Part shown: positions 11,248 to 25,334 of the stretch, one piece after another
Layout of the letters: the number at the start of each line of letters is the position of its first letter
Position numbering within the stretch: position 1 is the first letter of the stretch
Origin: Geosiphon pyriformis uo1
Lineage: Eukaryota > Fungi > Glomeromycota
Direction of reading: 5' to 3'
DNA: 64,000 bases
Assembly (NCBI GenBank): GCA_016748015.1
Contig: JAAOMT010000283.1
Location: 500,108-564,107 of the forward strand
Made by a program: the position numbers and the translations under genes
Notes under the pieces: generated by a model
The model's database searches: none
Seen by the model: the letters and a program-made list of their open reading frames with translations, nothing else
Told to the model about the DNA's origin: nothing

Positions 11248-12432
11248 ATGATCATTGAATGTTTTTGAAAACACATTGGTGTCATCCAAGTATATGACTA
11301 CTGATAGTAATCCAATATATACAATTTCCATGAGCTATTGGAATGTTGTTGGAGCATTCATCAAGCCAAATGGCATGACTTCAAACTCAAAATTTCTTTT
11401 TCTTGTGGTGAACACTGTTTTTTCTTTGTCGGCTGGATCCATAGCTACTTGCTAGTAACCACTATTTAAGTCCAGTATTGAAAACCATTTGTTTCCTCCA
11501 AAAGTGTCGAATAGTTTTTGTATCTTTGGAGTTGGATAGCTATTATCTTTTGTTATTCTATTCAGTTTCTGGTAGTCTATACAAAAGTGAATTTTTCCAT
11601 TCTTCTTATAGATTAGTACTACTGGTAATGACCATAGACTTATTGATGGCTGAATTAGCCCATTGTTAAGCATCCAGTTGATTTCTTGATGAATGATCTC
11701 ATGGCTAGCTGGTGGTACTCTGTATGCTCTTTGTTTAATTGGCATTGCATCTTTAGTCTTGATTTGATGCCAGATAATGTTGGTTNNNNNNNNNNNNNNN
11801 NNNNNGCCAACAAAATTATGTGGAAGACACATCCCCAATAATTGAGAGCACCAAACATTACCATTTTTAGTACTCACCAAGTTTACTCATAACAATGATC
11901 ATTGAATGTTTTTGAAAACACATTGGTGTCATCCAAGTATATGACTACTGATAGTAATCCAATATATACAATTTCCATGAGCTATTGGAATGTTGTTGGA
12001 GCATTCATCAAGCCAAATGGCATGACTTCAAACTCAAAATTTCTTTTTCTTGTGGTGAACACTGTTTTTTCTTTGTCGGCTGGATCCATAGCTACTTGCT
12101 AGTAACCACTATTTAAGTCCAGTATTGAAAACCATTTGTTTCCTCCAAAAGTGTCGAATAGTTTTTGTATCTTTGGAGTTGGATAGCTATTATCTTTTGT
12201 TATTCTATTCAGTTTCTGGTAGTCTATACAAAAGTGAATTTTTCCATTCTTCTTATAGATTAGTACTACTGGTAATGACCATAGACTTATTGATGGCTGA
12301 ATTAGCCCATTGTTAAGCATCCAGTTGATTTCTTGATGAATGATCTCATGGCTAGCTGGTGGTACTCTGTATGCTCTTTGTTTAATTGGCATTGCATCTT
12401 TAGTCTTGATTTGATGCCAGATAATGTTGGTT
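11159..12432. other. Probable assembly artefact: 627-bp exact duplication (11159-11785 = 11806-12432) around a 20-N gap
   Basis: Identical sequence and identical ORF translations at offset 647 on either side of Ns 11786-11805. Confidence 0.9.
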
Positions 12433-15400
12433 TGGCCAAATTCATTTTCGTTAGTAAAAATGTCATTGAAATTATTGAGTAACATCTTGAGTTGCATCTG
12501 TTGAAGTGGATCTAGATTCCCTATGTTCATCTGTTCCAATTGTTCTGGTTGGAGCAGATAATATTTACTTTATCTGTAGATGGTTTGTGATGTAATGTCT
12601 ACATATTCACAAAGTTGTAGAAAATCTGGAATGTGGTTTGATAGTTGATCCTCAACTTCAGTGGTTAAATATCCAATGATAGTTCTTTTTGGTATTTCAA
12701 TAACACTTTCTATTGTGTTGTAGATGGGAATTTTGATATTTTTGGGGCTTTTGGCTAATATATAGAGATTAGTGAGTCCAATTTCTCTTGATTCACAAAT
12801 AGTGACCACTACTTCAAACAACTGAGCTTGATCCTTTACTTCTCTTTTTATGGCTAACATATACTGGTCATATGATAGAATGGAAATTGATTGATGGGTT
12901 AAGATAATTTTTCTTTTGTCAACAATTTCTTCCTCTGCCATATTGACTAGTATGTCTATTCTACTCGTTGATCCAAATCTCTGTATTCCTCTTGCTGTTA
13001 TACCTAGTTTTTCCCTCTTTTCCACTAAAACTAACTGAGCTATTTTCACCAGAGGTAAGAATATTGTCTGTGCTATCTTTTCATTTGGTTCTATAATATA
13101 AGTTTTTTCTGAATTATTTTGTAGTATGGTGATAATATTTCCTATGTATTCCACATTAATTATCCCTCCTTTAATGTTGATTCTTTTTTTGCTAAACTAC
13201 TCCTAAATGCTAGTTGAACCATGGTTGTTACTGGAATTTCCAGAGCTATTTTGAGATCAATACATGTGCATGAATTTGGTTCCAATTTGATAGCTTCTTT
13301 TCCTGGATATCTCAGATCAAACTCTGTGTTAGTATCATGCATACATTCTGGCATGATACTTTTATTATTATCATTATACTATTTGAGTTTCTGCTCTTTA
13401 GAAAGATTAGGAAGTGCAATGTATATTTTGGGGTTTAAATCAGAGCCTGAATCATTGATATTTTTGTTATCATATTGCACAGAGCTAAGACTGTTGTTTT
13501 CATCATTATTATTGTCGGAGTTTGAATTGTAATTGAAAACTGATTCCAATTTTGGTGTGCAGCTGCTGATTGGTTCTTCTTCTGGAATCATGTAGATCAT
13601 GCATGATGGTGGATTGTAAATAAAGTTACACTCATTACAATATTGAAAGTCATAGGGAATTAAGCAATGTTGACATAACTGAGTATTCAACTACTTCAAA
13701 TGCTGTTCTTGTTCTTCCCTGGTAGATGCTAGCTCTTAATAATGTTTGTGGAATTGTTCTGGATTTAGGAGATTTATGACTGGTTCTGGGTTTCAATTAA
13801 GTTCTATAGGTTTAGGTGGGTTATTTTTAATCGTTTTTATTTCTTTTGGGGTTGCTCCTTCAATTTTGGTAAGTGCTATTTGCCAAATTTTGTCATTGTT
13901 GTGTGGACATCCGTCCAGACATTTAACGGCTCGTCTCCAGACAGCATCTATGGGTGTTTCTTTTCTTACCCAATTGCTTATGAAAATCATGTATTAACAT
14001 AATTCATCACACATTCTTCCTTACCCAAGAATATTGTTCCACATTTTTTCATCCAAAAGAGTTTCTCCACAAGCCAAGCAGGATTTGTTATTCCATTTTT
14101 TTACTTGTTTTGGTTTTCTAAAACGTTCAAGGACACATAGGCAACAATAGAATTTGGTTGCCAAAGTATACTCCTCATTGTTATCACAGCAAGTGCCTAT
14201 TGATGACAATTTTTTGCCGCAATCAACACACACCAGTTTTGGGTGACAATAAACAGATTGTTGTGGTGTAGTATAAGAATTATATGTGGTGGTGCTGGTG
14301 GATATTAATCTTTCTTCCTTTCCCTTTCCTTTTTTTTTTGTCTTTTCTTTCCATTCCTAAGCTGGTTCTTCTGAATTGTGGTTGGTTTTCCAGTTTTGGT
14401 CAGCATTTCAAATAAGTTTTTCTCTCTGCTTTTTTTTGCTGTTGTCATCCCACAAAAGTACTGGTGGCAGCTCATTGTGTTCTGTGTCAGCCCAGGAAAT
14501 TTGGTAGGCTTTCCAAGTAGGTTTCTTCTCTTCTTTCTCGAATTTAATGAGTGGTGTTGTCAAGTTAGTGGTCTTGAAATAGCTGCATGTGGCTGGTATA
14601 CATGTGTGTCAACTGTTTTGGCTCAGTTGAAGTTCCTGTGTCATCCAGTTTAGTATGGTGTTGGTTTTAGATAACCAGTTATTTCTTACTAATGCCTGAT
14701 ATTGGATTGCTTCTATCACTAGAATTTTGATGGGAATAATGATGCCATTGACTTCAAAAGGAAAGTCATCAATCTCACTAATAGGAGTTTTGGTTGCTCC
14801 ATCAGTGGTTATAATCCTAGCACTGGCAGCACGATCAACTCGGTGATCTAATTGGTCCATGAGTTGTTTTGTAATGATGCTGCCAGCTGATCCACTGTTT
14901 AGGATCAGTTTAATGGAGTGGTCATCAACTTTGGCATTAGTATACATGGCAGTAATAAGTTTTTTTTCCAGAGTGGCTTTACTAAATAATGGCATAATCG
15001 ATGGTTCTTCGAGTTCAAATAGAAAGATGGTGTCCAGTAATTTGTTCTCAGTAATGGTAACTGGCAGAATGTTATTGGTAAGTGTTGGGTATTGGTTGGT
15101 TTCTGGGTTATTGCGTTGAGCATCTTCTGGGATAATCAGTAGACTTAAATAGTTTTGGGAATTCGGGTTTTGGGCATACTCAGTGCCTGAATTCCATTGT
15201 CAAAATTTTGCTGGTTGTGTGAAAGAACTGGAGATTAGTTGGTGGACTACCATTGATAATCTCCAGCTTTGTTGGGTTAATCTCGGCCTTTGGGTTCTAT
15301 TTTGAGGTAAGTTCTGTAGTGGTGCTTGAATTTGTTGGGGTTGATAGATTACCTGAAGCTGCGGCTGATAAATGGGTTGTGGCTGTGGCTAATAAATTGC

Positions 15401-17407
15401 TGGTATTGTTGGTTAATAAATTGGCATTTAATATACTAATGGTTAATAAGGTGGCTGCTGCATCATAGGTAAGTAATTCTGATGATATGGCTCTGAGTTT
15501 GGTGGGTTATTTGGAATTTGGAACTGGTGATCAGGATTTCAGTATTGATTTCCTGATCATTGGTTATTTAAGCAATGATGGCAATTAATTTGTAGGTGTC
15601 TTTGTTTATTACAATAGTAGCAAACATGTGTTTCCTGTTGTCACTGTTAATTGGTCAACAATAATAGACACAACTGATTCTGGAAACAATTTGCGTTTCC
15701 AGAATTATTGCATCATTGTGGTGGTTGATAAATTACATAATTGTTAGCTAAATATTCCTCTAATTTCTGATTGATGGAATTACTAAATTGTTTTAATTTG
15801 GAATCTAATTCAGATGATCCATCTGATTACTAGATTAATGGCTTGGGTGTAGTTGGCTTCTAATTCAGTGGCTTCAAAATCTTTGGCATTTATAACAGCT
15901 GCTTGCAGATCAATGGAATGCATTAGACATACACATTGCAGGATGCTGCTGCATAATCCACAAATAAACTGATTTAGAATCTGAGCCACTGTGAAATAAT
16001 TGGCATTAATGGCTTAGATCTGATGCAAATTTCTGTGGAAGTGTCCTAAGTAAGTAGTGACTGCTTTATTTTCTCCTTGTTTAATGATAGTGAAGATGTT
16101 TGCTAGTCTGTTAATGCTGTTATTGTTGCTGAAGTATTTTAAGAACTCAATTTTAAATGCATTAAAATCTTGGGGTTTGTTGACTAGGCTTTGATACCAT
16201 AAATTAGCAGTATCTTGGAGAAAATATGGAATGGCTTGCATGGCTCTGGTGTCATTCCATCCATTAGCCACTATGACTTTTTCTATGTCATTAAGCCATG
16301 CTTGGGCATCATCCTCTTTGCCAGTGAATTTTTCGAGTTTTGCTATTGGAGCATAAGCCATTGGATCCAAGTTTGGTTGTTGAAGTTGTTGTTGTGACTG
16401 TGGAAACAGCTGCTGTAGTAGTTGAGGTAATTGAAGTGGCTGTTATTGCTGTTTGTTGATTGGTGGCACTGGGAGTGGATTAATCATGATTACTGAAGAT
16501 AAGTGTTGTTGATTATTAATGTTGGGGTTTTGATTATGCTAATTGTGCTATGTTTGAAAATTCAAAGTTTCAATTTCCAGATTTTCTAAATTTAGATTTT
16601 GCTGAGTCTGAAAGTTCAGGTTTTTGATTTCTGGATTTTCAGTGATCAGGTTCTGGTAAGTAAATTCTTGATCTTCAGATTCTTTTTCCTCTTTTTCTTG
16701 GTCTTCTTCTGATTCCATTACTTCCCAGGGACTCGCAGTTCCAAAATCTGGTTGAGGTAGTGAAAATCAAAGTTCTGATGGTGTAAACAATTGAGACTTA
16801 AATCCTTTGAAATACATGCCATATGGTTCTAGAAGATCTTCTTTTCTTTGTTTACTCTGAAATGAAAATTGTTCAAAGATGGATGTTGTGTTTGATGTGA
16901 ATGCACCTGTTGATGTAATATTAATGGCACTTCCAGATATATAATAATATAAAGGATTAATTGGTGATTTGACTCTTGTTTTCTTCCAAGTGGATGGTTG
17001 TATTCTTTGAGATATTACTGCTGGTGTTTGTAATTTTTCTTTGCCTTTATTTGCATAGGTAATTGGATATCTTTGTTGAGTGTAAATTTCAATTTCCTTA
17101 TTAATTTCAGTGAGAATTGCTGTGAAATTGTAATTTGTTGGTAGGCTGGTATTCTGGATTAATTCATTGTAGAAGTTTCCCCTGGCTGAATTAGTTTTCA
17201 CTGGTACTTTTAGTAAATATGAGATTTTTTTATGGATGTAGAAATTGAAAGCTGATTCTGCTGATAAGTGGTTGACAGTTAATTCTAAATGTTGACAGTA
17301 GTGTTGGAATAAGGATTTTGCAAATCCTAAATAGTTTGTCCCTGTTTTTTTGGATTCTGTCACTGTTTGGATGGGTTTTGTTGGTGCTGGTTTTCTGTAG
17401 AATTATA

Positions 17408-17424
17408 CTTCACAAGGAGCACCA
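17408..17424 (-). promoter_or_regulatory. PBS of element B
   Basis: TGGTGCTCCTTGTGAAG 2 nt from the LTR end. Confidence 0.88.
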
Positions 17425-17426
17425 AA

Positions 17427-19211
17427 TGTTACAGATAATTATTTGGGGTCTCAAATCAAATAACAAACCTGTTGTTACAGTTGATTATTTGGGGTCTCAG
17501 GTTAAATAACAAATCTGTAACTTGGTGCTCAAAAGCTACTTGTGTTGTTGATAATATTTTTAAGTGGTTGGTATCTAAAAGTTTTCCAAATGAGTCCTTT
17601 GTATAATGGACAGAGATTCAATAGTTGTTTTATCTGTAGTTTCTCAGACTTGCAAGTCTATTAATTCTTTTCTCAGCTTAATGACCAGCAATCCTCTGGT
17701 AAGTAATCTGTATCTTCTGTACATGTCCTACCCACTCACAGAGGTCTTTTACCAGGCAATCCTTGATGTCAGTAATCAGCACTTTTAATTAATTGGTTAG
17801 TGCACAATAACAAAATCAAAGAAACATAAAGAAAATAAAGAAATATAAAGAAATTTGAAATAAGCCAAGACAATTTGTAAGTTAATATTCCATCAATAGC
17901 CATGATTAAGAGCTATTGTTCCAGTGTGGTTAAGTATTAATTACTATTAACATAAAGTGTTGATAGTGATGAGTGGATTTGAGATTGTGAATAATTATTT
18001 ATTGGATGATTGTGGTAACTAGGCTAAGAATTCTTGGTGTCAATTCTGTTTTTTTTGCTTTTAATACTACTTCTATATATACATATTTGAGATTTTTCAA
18101 TTCTTTAATTCCTTGTGACAGGAATTCTGGAATTCCTGGAATCCTGCGATTCCTGATAAAAGGAATCCTGGAATTCTGGAATCCTGCTATTTCTTGTTGG
18201 AGAATCCTGAAATTCCTGGAATCCTGCAATTCTTCTGAGAGGAATCTTGGAATTCCACATTTACTATGTCTACATCTGATTGGCTAATATCTACTGACTA
18301 ATAATACTATATTTCCTATATTCTATGAGTAACACCATAACTTGGTGCTCAATATCTACTCTAATGGCTGATGGTGATAATATTGGTATGTTGTCTTTAT
18401 TTGAAAGTTTTGATTAAAAATCTTTTGTATAATAGACAGAGATTCAATGACGATATAGTTGGTAAGTGAGTTGTGTTCCCAATTTCTGTCTTCAGCTTGG
18501 TGGCCAGTTTATTTTGACAGTTGTGCCCTTCTGGTAAGCTATCCATTAATATATATATAATTCTACCCTTATTTCTGGGTCTTTTACCAGGCTATCTATG
18601 ATGTTAATTACTCAGTGCTTAAACCCTTAATCAATTAGTATACAACAATAAAATCAAGAAAAAATAAAAAATAAAAGAAAAAAATAAAGAAATGAGCCAA
18701 GACAATGTGCAAGTTGAGATTCATCAATAGCCATAATCAAGAGCTATTGTTCCAGTGTGGTTAATTATCAATTGCTATCAACATAAAGTGTTGATAGTAG
18801 AAAGTGGATTGAACTGGTGAATAATTATTTATTAATATTTGTAAATAAAAAGTTGCCTAGATGAAATCTAAACTGAGAGGTCTCTAATAAAAGAATTCTG
18901 CTTTTTCAACTTCTAACACTACTGCTATATATATATAATTAATGTTTTATAAGATTGCTCACATTCCCAAGTGATATGCTATGATTTCTTGAGCAATGTT
19001 CACATTGTTGAGCAATGTGCCCTAATTTTCTAATATCACTCTACATTGCTGAGCAATGTGCCATGTTTTCTAATATTGTTTCACATTGCTGAGCAATTTG
19101 CCGTGATTTCTGTCATTGCTCTACATTGCTGAGCAATGTGCTCACATGCTACATGCTATTTGCTTATTGGTCTACTATTTCCCTATATCTGTTTTCTTTT
19201 TATGAGTAACA
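17427..19211 (-). repeat. 5' LTR of element B, split by a solo LTR
   Basis: 17427-17472 + 18335-19211 reassemble into a copy of 6459-7377. Confidence 0.9.
17473..18334 (-). repeat. Solo LTR of the element G family
   Basis: TGTTAC/GTAACA termini; collinear with 59553-60400; flanks ctgt/ccat, while the sister LTR shows the empty site ccgt at 6501-6504. Confidence 0.9.
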
Positions 19212-20097
19212 TCAGCTTAATGAATGCCCCAGCCACTTTTCAGTGACTTATGAAAATTGTCTACACCAGATTACTATGAAAATTAGTAGTTGTATACTTA
19301 GATGACACCAATGTGTTCTCAAAACATTTGATAATCATCTGCATCATCTCTAACAAGTGTTTGAAAAACTAAGAAAAGCTGAATTAAAACTAAATGCAAC
19401 TAAATGTTTCTTTGGAAAAACTGAACTCAAGTTTTTGGGACATGTTGTGAGCAAAGACAGAATTAAAACAGATCCAGACAAGATTGAGATTGTTAAAAAC
19501 TTTCCAGTACCAAATAATCTTACAGAATTGAAAACATTCTTGGGATTTGCTAGATATTATTACCACTTTATCAAGAACTTTTCCAAAATAGCTCAACTAT
19601 TACACCAACTCCAAACAAAGAACATTAAATACAAATAGACTGAAACTCAACAAGAAGCTTTTAACATGTTAAGAAGAAAGCTTATTCAAGCCTTAGTACT
19701 GATTTATTCAGATCACAGCAAGCCATTCATAATTACAACTGTTGCATCTGGTCAAGCATTGGGAGCAGTATTATTGCAGAGAGGACTAGATGGAAGAGAA
19801 CATCCAGTAGTATATGCTAGTAGAAGCTTAAGTCCAGTAAAAAAGAACTATAGAACACCAGCATTAAAACACTTAGCAATATATTGGACAGTCATTAAAT
19901 AGAAAGAATACTTGAGTCAAAAGTTTGATTTGTACACCAATCACAAAGTATTAACTTCAATTCAGAAACAAAAATTTGCAGATGATTATTATGTCAAATA
20001 GAAAATAAAACTTTCATCATTTAATTATACAGTACATTATAAAAAAGTAAAAAAAATAGGAAATGCTGATGGATTGTCGTGAATGAGACAAATCTAA
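19212..20097 (+). pseudogene. Element A RT C-terminus and RNase H
   Basis: NAPATFQ, VYLDD, KFLGHVVS, PFIITTVASGQALGAVL; ends GNADGLS*MRQI-TAA. Confidence 0.9.
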
Positions 20098-20257
20098 AAA
20101 CATTTCAACCCAAAAATATAACAAAAGATGAATATACAAAAATACCAACAACTTTAACATTATATAAATACCCAATTGTTCAAGGAGAAATTATTTCAAC
20201 GGGAACAAAGGAACATAAAACAACAATCAAAATATTTTATTAACCATCAGAATATAC

Positions 20258-20992
20258 TGTTATGGTTAAAACTTATACTTCTTATTAATTATCACATGTA
20301 TTAATCACTGATGTCATATAAATTAGCCACTTTATTTTTAGTGAATGATCATTGACCTAATTAATAATCTGACTATTGACTTGATCATTGACCTAATCAT
20401 TGATCTGATCAATGACCTGATTATTGACCTGATTATTGACCTGATTATTGACTATTTTTGATAGCTATATAAGCAATGAATCTCTTAAACTGTAGAAAAG
20501 TATGAAGAAATAAAGAAATCAAGAAAATCAAATAAATAAAATAACAACTTTCATCTCAATTTCTTTCTTATCACTAATTTCCCTTTCTCTACTTTCAAGT
20601 ATCTGAACATCTTAAAGATAAAAAATTACTTGTTGGTTATTCCTTACTCTTTTCCTAAAATGTGTAATTGCAACATTTAAAGATTATTGAATAAAACATG
20701 ACTGAAGAGTACATCTAATACCTAATATTGAATTCTAAAAGCACCAATGTAAGGCATAGAATTATACCAGGCATAATCATTTGTTGACAGTACGGACTAT
20801 CCTTTTACCTTCAGATTCCTTGGTTACTTTAAAAAGTATAGCAACTGATATATTTTATGAGACTGATTTCACACATTAAATCTATACTCATTCAATTTTC
20901 TATTTGAAGTTGAATTCCCTTTGATTTTTTTTATTACCTTACAATCCTGTTCTCCTTTGCTATTTGTTAGCTTGTTACTTCAACCCATAACA
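20258..20992 (+). repeat. 5' LTR of element D
   Basis: TGTTAT...ATAACA; 12-bp tgatcattgacc tandem array in U3. Confidence 0.92.
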
Positions 20993-21044
20993 TAAAAGTG
21001 GTGTTTTCTGTAAGGTTGTCAAAATCTACTTTGTTTCCTATTGT

Positions 21045-24000
21045 ATGAATGATTATTCATATCTGCCATAACAATCAGAAGAACACTTTAAAGCACATAA
21101 CAAAAACAATCTAGACTTTATTGAACTCAATCCCTTGTCCTTCTGCTTAATTTGCTTCCCCATTGAAAAACAATCCAGCAGACAATTCCAAGACTTTTGG
21201 AACTGGTTCCTGAACAAGCATTTAGCTAAAACCTACACAGCTTATACAACCTATTACTTTAACCAAGCTTATTTTGAAGACAACTTTGAAGAAAGAAACA
21301 ACAGTATCAATTAACTCTTATATTCTACAATCTTTGAACAACAGCCCTCTGATCTCGAATATCTGAATCATCAAATTCACATTTGGATTGCTGCCCATCA
21401 ATCAACAAAAACTCTTCTTAAAACAGAAAAAGAAAGCTATCAAACTGCTCTTGTTTTTGATCTTTTTTCAAGTAAATCAGAACATTCTACACAAACAGTT
21501 ACACCTGAACCAATGGCTCAAGACCCTCTGCAACAAAACATTCTGATTGCCCTCCAAGGTATACAGACTGCTTTAGAGTGAAGAAACAACACTCCATTAC
21601 TATTATTCAGAAGTAATGCCCAAGATCCAATTAAATAGTTGGATGATTTTTAAAGAGCTGTCACAGCAAACCAATATGATAATGAATACAAGTTCCAAAT
21701 TGTTAGTGGCTATCTCCAAGGCTCTTCTGCTACTTAGTTCTCACAAAAAACCAATGCCAATGTTCAGCAAAGAATTATTAGATGGGCACTGACAAATGCT
21801 GGAGAAAACAACACTTTTTTCACTACCTGGTTTAAAACTAAATTTAGAACTCTCATCTTAATCTCAAAATAGCATATGGAATTAGAAAAGAGAACTCAAG
21901 GCCCTAGTAAAGTTGTGACAAAATATGCCAAAGCAATAAGAAAACTCATTAAATGGGTAGACTTTGAAAGAAATTGAACAGAAAAGCAGAAAATACATTT
22001 CTTTACAAAAGAACTGAGAACTGATCTATTATATGCTCTTTGGCCCCTTCTGGTCTTGAAAAATAATCTCACAATGGACATGGCCATTAAACTTGTTCAG
22101 AGAATAGAAGACAATCAAAAGATACACCTAGGATCCACACTTCCAGTTTTTGCTCCTGCTTCTGTTATGGCTCTTGCTTCCCAAATGGCTGCTATCTCTT
22201 TTGCTGCCCAAACTCAAGACCCAAATAAACAGTTAATAGATAGACTTACAGCTAATCTTGCCTGGCTATTAGAACTATTGACCCAAGCAGTTAAAGAGAA
22301 TCAACAATCCCAAAGACCCAGATTTGAACCCCATTTCAATCAGCCCCAACAACCATTATATTAAAAACAGCAAAATCGTGGTCCACTTGTGTGCTATTGT
22401 TGTGGACTAACTAAACACTTCTCAAGAGACTGCAACAATCTTCTATTGCCCCCTCCAGCTCTTAGAAACAATGACAATCAAAACAACAGAACTATTAACA
22501 ATAATGTTCCTAACCAAAGAACCAATTATGCTAACATCAATTTCTTTGGAAAGGATCCCCTAGTTAAAGTCACTGTTTATCAGCCTTTAAACTGGTAAGT
22601 GCACCTCCAAAGGATGAGAGTACAAGCCAACCAGAAAAAAAACCTCTTTTATGCTTTTAACCTAATTGATGATGATCATAATATGGATAAACTAGCAATC
22701 AACACCTCTGAATCAACCAGAAAGAAGAAGAAAGCCAAGGTTGATTTTGGACTTAAACAAAGCATCCAAATTATCTGTTGATAACAATGAGCCACCAAAG
22801 GCTAAGGTTTTTAAAAATCCTCCAAAGTTGGAACCCCCAGAAATTGTACAAAAATCTGGATCCTATTTTGTTGTTAAAGATTTCATGGAAACCCCAGCAC
22901 ACATTACATTTGGCCAACTAATGACCCATTTACAATTTAAAAAAGATCTTCACAAATCATTGATACTAAATAAAAAGACACCAAAGACCAACAAATGTCT
23001 TCGTCAAGCTGGACTTGCTGATAACAGCAATGTTACCCCTCTGATTTGTAAAGCCCAAGTGACTGGTTACTTTATTGATCTGATCTTAGACAATAGATCA
23101 TTTGTTAGTGTAATTGCCAAACATTTTCTTGAAGCAATTGGCAGAAAGATTGATAAGTCTTCCACAAGACTAATGACTAATGTACATGGTGATAAGAAGA
23201 AAGATCTGGGCATAGCCAAAGCTATTCCTGTCCACATCAATGGTATCAGCATTAAAACAGATATAAAAGTATCTGAAGCAAAAAAGTACACCATCATTGT
23301 TGATAATAAATGGCTTAAGAAAGCCAAAGCACTACTTAACTATGAACTTTGTGAACTAACCATCAGATGTGGTGAGAAACCCATTGTGGTTAAATGCCAA
23401 CATTAGACAACCCTTCCAGTACCCAAGCAGAACCAAGAAGAAAAACAATTAGATGAATCAGATAATGATGAGAGTGATGATGAAGAAGATCAAAAAGAAC
23501 CAGAAGAAACTGCTGAACTCGCTTATACCATCTTCACCAGCAATGGCAAGCCACTAGACAATGTTAAAGCTGACAAAAAAGGAATTATGGTAAATGGCAA
23601 GCTGATCTACTGGCTTTACTATGATATCTTCAAAAGAACCTTTGACAGAAAACCTAACAAGAAAGCAAAATACAGTTATTGGTAGCATGGCCCTTGTACA
23701 CAGTGCTGGTGTAATAAACTTTTGTATTTACCAAGTAATAAATGCAAATCCTGCCTAATCTACTACAAAGATTGGGAACTAATTAGCTTGATACCTCAAA
23801 AAGAATTTAAAGAAGTACAAAAGTCTTTTGAGAATAAACCATCTGAAATTCAATCACTAGTTATAGAACAAAAACAATCTTTTTTTGAAGAAAGAAAAAT
23901 GGACATTGAAAATCTGTTGGCTAGAAATAGCCCAGTTATCTCAAAAGAAGGTGATGCCCCTGGACAAACCCATGTGATACAACACACCATTACCACCAAA

Positions 24001-25276
24001 GAAACTTGCTGCATCTATTTGAAGTCTTATCAATCCAATTGATGCAATAATGAGTTTATCAAGAAAGAGATAACTCAGATAAAAGATCTTGGATTCATAC
24101 AAAAAACCAAGAGTGAATGGGCTTTTCCAGTTGTAGTGGTATCCAAGAAAGGTAGAACTCTATGCTTTTGTGTTGACTACTGCCAATTAAATACCATCAC
24201 TATAAGAGACATGTACTCACTCCCCAAAATTGATGCAATGCTAGATAAATTCAATGGTGCTGCTTTCTTCTCAACCATTGATTTAACTGCTGGATTTTGA
24301 CAAGTAGAGATGGATTCAGAAAGCAGAAAAAAAACTGTTTTTATTACCAAGTATGGCACCTATGAATTCACAGTTATGCTTTTTGATCTCACCAATGTTC
24401 CTCCCACCTTTCAACACCTAATGGATAAAGTATTTGAATCAGTAAAAGAAAACTTTGTTTTGGTTTACTTGGATGACATAATATTATATTCAAAAACCTG
24501 GGATAAACACCTTGAACATTTACAGAAGGTTTTTGACCTGCTCAGAAATACTGGCCTTAAGATCAACCCAATTAAATCTTTCTTTAGACACCAATCCACC
24601 CAGTTCTTTGGTCATCTTATTACAAAAGATGGAATTTTCTCTGACCCAGCTAAAGTTGAAAAAGTCCAGAACATTAGACAGCCAATGAATGTTCTTAAAC
24701 TACACTCTTTCCTTGGTTTTGGTCTCTTACTATCACAAATTTATCAAGGATTTCTCCAAAATCGCCTTTCCTCTCAATCAGCTACTTAGGAAAAATGTCA
24801 ATTATTATTGGGGCACTCATCAACAAAAAGCTTTTGAATTTCTAAAGGAAAAACTTGTTACTGAACCAATTCTTAAACAACCTGATCTGGACCAACCTTT
24901 TATTTTCTACACTAATGCATCTGGCTATGGACTTGGTGCTGTTCTTTCACAGAAAGATAAAAATAGCAAAGAACATACCATAGCATATGCCAGTAGATCC
25001 TTCATACCAGCAGAAAAAAACTATTCAGTTACTGAACAAGAATGTCTAGCAGTAGTTTGGGCTACCAACTACTGAGATCAATATCTTCTTGATGCAAAAT
25101 TTTTAGTGGTAACAGATCATCAAGCCTTGGTTTGGCTGCACAAGAAAAAGAAGCTGAAACACAAACAAATAACTTGCTGGATACTCCACTTGAATAAATT
25201 CAACTATGATATTCAAAACTGCAAAAGAGCAAATTATCAAAACATCAACACTCTATTTAGACTTATCATCCAGTAA
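21045..25276 (+). pseudogene. Element D Gag-PR-RT-RNase H polyprotein
   Basis: CYCCGLTKHFSRDC knuckle; LILDNRS protease; VYLDDI; FIFYTNASGYGLGAVL; ends NINTLFRLIIQ*. Confidence 0.9.
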
Positions 25277-25334
25277 CAGTACAACCTCTCAAACCAAACC
25301 AACTTAATTATTAGTAACTCTTTCATAAACAAAT

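Larger units (their letters stand above)
9476..17363 (-). pseudogene. Element B Gag-PR-Cys-rich-dUTPase-RT-RNase H polyprotein (interrupted by solo LTR and assembly gap)
   Basis: MAYAPIAKLEKFTG capsid; LILNSGS protease; dUTPase 12963-13354; YLDD; PFIITTNTSGQALGAVL; ends NADGLSQMRQI*. Confidence 0.9.
6459..19211 (-). mobile_element. Full-length Gypsy element B inserted in the RT of element A
   Basis: Paired LTRs 6459-7377 and 17427-19211; PBS 17408-17424; PPT 7378-7397; TSD ttgg/tcag (inferred ancestral tcgg). Confidence 0.92.

Noticed and set aside
11159-12432. Tandem duplication of RT and LTR end
   Set aside because: Exact identity on both sides of an N gap amid heavily diverged repeats points to an unmerged contig overlap
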